A stretch of DNA of 64,000 nt, taken from an uncultured Methanomassiliicoccales archaeon (GTDB lineage: Archaea > Thermoplasmatota > Thermoplasmata > Methanomassiliicoccales > UBA472). Below the pieces are notes generated by a model. The model was not told the origin of the DNA. It did no database searches and saw only the letters and a list, made by a program, of their open reading frames with translations. A program made the translations under genes and the position numbers. The DNA is taken from assembly GCA_963710685.1 (NCBI GenBank), contig CAVQBH010000009.1:755673-819672 (forward strand), given 5' to 3'. Of this stretch, positions 59,930 to 64,000 are shown in pieces (position 1 is the stretch's first letter; the number at the start of each line of letters is the position of its first letter).

Positions 59930-60526
59930 TCAGAAGGATCCGGTGACGACCTTTCCCGCCCGCTGGTAGTTAGCGACGATGACTCCCATCGGCGAGATTT
60001 TACAGTCGGTCAGCTTGAACGCCGCCGGGGCCGCCCCTTCGACGAACAACCGCTTACCCGCGCCGAGCGTCAAGGGGAATATCTTGAGCCAGAGCTCATC
60101 GACCAGGTCGTTCTTCAGGAGGGTCTGGATCAGGTCGCCGCTGCCGTGGACCTGGAGATCGGGGCCGTCCTGCGCCTTGAGCTCCTGAATCGCCTTCACC
60201 ACGTCACCTCCCAACTGGACCGACCGGTCCCAGGTGAAATTCATGGGATGCCGGGAGGCGACGTACTTGGTCGCCTGGTTGATCCCCATGTCCGCCTCCT
60301 TGTGATATGGCCAATAGGACGCAAAAATGTCGTAGGTCTTCCTGCCCAGAAGGAGGTCGAATGGCCTTCCCATCTGCTCGCCCATCACCTTGCCCGCGAA
60401 CTCATCAAAATACGGGACCGTCCAGCCGCCGTACTTGAAACCGCCGGAGAGGTCCTCCTCTGGACCTCCAGGCGCCTGCATGACTCCGTCGATCGTGATG
60501 AAGGATAGCACGATGATCTTCCTCAT
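59930..60526 (-). CDS. dihydrofolate-reductase-family (RibD C-terminal domain) protein
   Basis: MRKIIVLSFITIDGVMQAPGGPEED... and GSGDLIQTLL motifs. Confidence 0.85.
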   Translation of the reverse strand: MRKIIVLSFITIDGVMQAPGGPEEDLSGGFKYGGWTVPYFDEFAGKVMGEQMGRPFDLLLGRKTYDIFASYWPYHKEADMGINQATKYVASRHPMNFTWDRSVQLGGDVVKAIQELKAQDGPDLQVHGSGDLIQTLLKNDLVDELWLKIFPLTLGAGKRLFVEGAAPAAFKLTDCKISPMGVIVANYQRAGKVVTGSF

Positions 60527-60980
60527 GCTGCTTTCAAGGCAGCCAGCGTCATTAATAGTTTGTGTGAACTGGGCCTTTACGACCTAAGGCCTGCAGAGGG
60601 TCGGAACATTATAGCCGCCAGAAATGTCATGGCTCGTCTCGGACCACCATCATTTGGTGCCTGGGCCGATCAGTCAGTGGAATTCTCGGGCGGAATACAC
60701 TTCAACACCAAGTGCAAGAGGAAGAAACGCATCGATCTGAGTGATCTTCCAACGTCCGAAAGGAGACCGAAGTTGCTGCTCTGTTCGCTCATGCAGGCCA
60801 CTAATTTCTATCAGCGGCTCAGTTGCTAACGTCTGTGAACATATGATCGAACAAGTTAATTGGCAATGTCCGTGCCGGTAGCCAGATACATTTTCAGAAC
60901 CAACATTGATAATCATTCCTTGAGCTTATAAATAGTATTCTGATTGTTTTGACCAAAATAAGATCCAGGAAGTTGCCTCA

Positions 60981-63742
60981 GTGAATATGGGATTTCAAAG
61001 CTTGGTAAATAACAGGGCACTTGGTGAAGATGAAGCGAAGATCGTCATTGGGCAGACGCCAATTCCCGCCCTCTTGATCGACATCGCCGGGCGGATAACC
61101 TCCCTAAACAATCTGGCCGCGGAACTTCTTGGGCGGTCCGTCTCGGAACTGTCGGGGAGCGATCTGAAGGTCGCGCTGGGAGGCGCGGTAGGAGAACCGG
61201 ACCTGAATCTGGAGGCGTTGAACTCCAGCGGCGTACCGGATCCCCGACCGATCACATTTTCCAACAGTCGCGGCGAGACCTTTTCCGCGGTGCTCACCCT
61301 ACTTACCGGTCCTTGGAGAGAAGGGCAAACCGGCGGGAGAGATGGTGATGCTCACACCAGTGAACCTCAGGGAGGGCAACCATGTGAACGCCGATCTTCA
61401 GGAAAGCGAGAAGAAACTGTCCACCCTTCTGAGCAATTTCCCCGGCATGGCCTACCGTTGCAAGCTGGATGATGATTGGACCATGGAGTTCGTGACCAAC
61501 GGATGCCTCGGATTGACCGGTTACGATGTCTCCCGACCTCCTTAATAATCACAAGATCGCCTATGGTACGCTGATCGTCCCGGAGGACAGGAAGAAGGTC
61601 ATGGATGCTGTGAACGGAAGCCTGGCCCAAATGAGTGGATACACGACCACTTACCGCATTACGACCAAGTCCGGCGAGAAGAAATGGGTTTGGGAAAGGG
61701 GTAAGCCATCGTTCTCGCCCGAGGGGATCGCCACTTCCATAGAGGGGTTCGTCTCCGACATAACCGAGCGAAAGCGGGCGGAGGAGGCCCTGAAGGAGAG
61801 CGAGAGGCGGACCTCGACCCTGATGAGCAATCTACCCGGAATGGCATTCAGGTGCAATAATGACAAGGACTACACCATGGCGTTCATCAGCGACGGGTGC
61901 AAGGACATCACAGGTTACACCCCCGAAAGCCTGGTGGGAAACAAGACCATCTCATACGGGTCGCTCATGCTGGCCGAGGACGGAGACAGGGTCTGGAAGG
62001 AGATACAGTCGGGGTTGGGAGAGAACAATCTCTACAAGACCAACTACCGTATCCGCACCGCCTCGGGTGAGATCAAGTGGGTATGGGAACAGGGAAGGGG
62101 GATCTTCTCCCCGGAAGGTCAGATGTTGGCCATCGAAGGGTTCATCAGTGATGTCACCGCCCAGGCCAGGATCGAAGAGTATACCAAGATCGAGGTCGAT
62201 CGCCTGGCCAGGAACCTCATCAAGTTGGCCGAGGGGGACCTGGCCATTGACACCGCTATCTCCGAAGAGGACCGCTACACCGCTGTCACCAAGGAACATT
62301 TCATCGTGATCAACAAGAGCCTCGTCCAAGCCGTAAATGCCGTTTCCGCATTGGCACTGGACGTCAACGATCTTTCCCGCTCCGCCGTGGATGGCAAGCT
62401 ATCCTCCAGGGCGGATCTGTCGAGGCACCGGGGCGAATACCGAACGATCGTTCGAGGCATCAACGAAACGCTCGATGCGGTAATAGCTCCGTTGAATGAG
62501 GCCATACGCATCGCCGGAGCCTATGCCGGAGGGGACCTGACGGCTCGGGTGAACATCGAGACACATGGTGACTTTGGACGCCTTGCCAAGTCCCTGGACA
62601 AAATCGGTGAGTCCCTAACAGAGCTTCTAAGGCAGGTCAATCTTTCGGTGAACGCCGTATCCTCCACCTCTCAGGAGCTTGCATCATCCGCTGAGGAGAT
62701 GAACGCCTCCACCGAACAGGTGTCATCGGCGATCCAACAGATAAGCAAAGGTGCCCAAAGCCAATCGGTCCAAGTGGAGGAAACCGCCAAGGCGATGGCC
62801 GAGATGGCCTCGGTGATGGACGCGGTGGCCGTCCGATCCGCCTCAGCAGTGGACGCCGCCAAGAAGGCCGATCAGGGGGCCACCAACGGCAGGGATGCGG
62901 TCCTGGGCACAGTGAAGAAGATGCAGGAGATTCAGAAGGTCGTTCAAGAAGGGGCGAGCGTCATCGAGAGCCTCGGGAAGAGATCGGAAGAGATCGGCGA
63001 GATAGTGGAGGTCATCACCCGGATCTCCGATCAGACCAACCTGCTCGCGTTGAATGCCGCCATCGAAGCTGCGAGGGCCGGAGAGCATGGCCGCGGCTTC
63101 GCCGTGGTCGCCGAAGAGGTCAAGAACCTTGCCGAAGACTCGAGAGAAGCGGCGGAGCGCATCGCTAAAATGATCACCGAAGTTCAGAAGGAGACGGGCA
63201 GAGCGATCGAGTCCATGGGGCGCGGGACCGCCGAGGTACTGAACGGAATGACCATGGTGGACCGCACGGGCAAGGTCTTTCAGGAGATCTCGACCATGGC
63301 CGCTGCCACGGTCGGGGAGATATCCTCCATATCCACGCTCATACAGGATCAGAAGAGCGGTTCGCAGAGGGCGGCCAAGTCGGTGGACGACATCGCTTCC
63401 ATCGCCGAGGAGACCGCCTCCGCCTCGCAGGAATCGGCCGCATCGACCGAAGAACTGACCGCCTCGATGGAGGATATGACCGCGAGAGCCCAGGCATTGA
63501 GCGAGATGGCCATCAACCTGCAGAGGGTCGCGTCACAGTTCAAGATCGAAGACGAAGCGGCGAAGAAACCCCAGCGGGCCAGGGCCGCCGTGGTCAGTGC
63601 AGGTGACGAGGTCTCCGCCTCCGGGCAGGGTAGCTGGATGGTAGCCAAGGCCCGACCGGATAGCCCGGTCCCCTCTCGAGGGGAAGGAACGAAGCCATTC
63701 TATCATTTCCATGACCATCGGGTCATTTCACCGGGACTGTGA
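60981..63742 (+). pseudogene. soluble three-PAS / HAMP / methyl-accepting chemotaxis protein, reading frame broken twice
   Basis: PAS1 is in the frame of 60981. PAS2 starts in the frame of 61342 (SEKKLSTLLSNFPGMAYRC..LTGYDVS). The rest is in the frame of 61526 ([19 protein letters not shown].. PAS3 .. HAMP .. [36 protein letters not shown]). The largest intact ORF is 61526-63742. Confidence 0.75.
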
Positions 63743-63884
63743 TGATGGGGGCCTTCCGCATCAAAGCTGAACTCAGGGTTGCTCGCGCCAATGAAGCATA
63801 CAGAACGATACCCGACCAAGACAACCGTGAAACGCGAAAACGGCTTGAATTGAATTCAAACAGCAATTGTGTGGATAGCGAAAG

Positions 63885-63960
63885 TGGTGGGCTCAGCCGG
63901 ATTTGAACCGGCGACCTACGCCGTGTAAGGGCGTCGTTATAACCGCTAAACCATGAGCCC
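63885..63960 (-). tRNA. tRNA-Val (anticodon UAC) with genomically encoded CCA
   Basis: Hand-folded from the reverse complement. The acceptor is GGGCTCA/TGAGCCC, the anticodon stem ACGCC/GGCGT with loop CTTACAC, and the T-arm GCCGG-TTCAAAT-CCGGC. Discriminator A is followed by CCA. Confidence 0.9.
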
Positions 63961-64000
63961 AGCGTCTATGTCAATGGAGAGAACGTATTAAAATCTAAGC

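Noticed and set aside
56616-63884. A possible genomic island integrated at the 3' end of tRNA-Val. The region has low-GC spacers, pseudogenes and stress genes.
   Set aside because: There is no integrase or recombinase, and I could not find a repeat of the tRNA-Val 3' segment by eye. The gene content is ordinary housekeeping and stress functions. A proper repeat search would be needed to exclude this fully.

Overview
GC-rich (roughly 55-60% by eye) 64-kb chromosomal segment of an archaeon. The evidence is split RNAP A'/A'', L30e, archaeal NusA, GatD/GatE, AglB, S17e, an NFACT/RqcH homologue, translin and ADP-forming acetyl-CoA synthetase. A Thermoplasmata/Methanomassiliicoccales-like lineage is only a guess. 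Coding density is high and about 55 genes can be supported. They comprise the 3' end of the RNAP operon (rpoB-rpoA1-rpoA2-rpl30e-nusA) followed by an ISL3-family IS, housekeeping enzymes (pyrF, purD, hypB, gatDE, pcm, thyX, tag, peroxiredoxin), three ABC-2 exporters, three tRNAs (Arg-GCG, Thr-GGU, Val-UAC), and four sequon-rich, C-terminally tail-anchored surface proteins. No CRISPR array, rRNA or prophage was seen. The observations most worth follow-up are listed here. (1) A 2180-aa AglB oligosaccharyltransferase is fused to about 1200 aa of Ig-like, S-layer-like modules and is co-transcribed with a sequon-dense CARDB-like protein. The ideal signal peptide of that protein begins at an ACG inside the aglB 3' end. 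(2) A KaiC/GvpD-like ATPase, a Cys-rich miniprotein and a HEAT-repeat protein form one operon preceded by a perfect 9-bp hairpin. (3) A K+ channel carries an RCK domain and a C-terminal TRASH/YHS metal-binding domain. (4) An HtrA-like PDZ protease homologue has Gly in place of the catalytic Ser and has no signal peptide. (5) Two multiply frameshifted genes (metX-CBS and a three-PAS soluble MCP) plus the IS indicate gene decay. (6) A wHTH regulator precedes two small ORFs that share a motif and an ABC-2 exporter. All family assignments come from reading motifs by eye; no database search was run.
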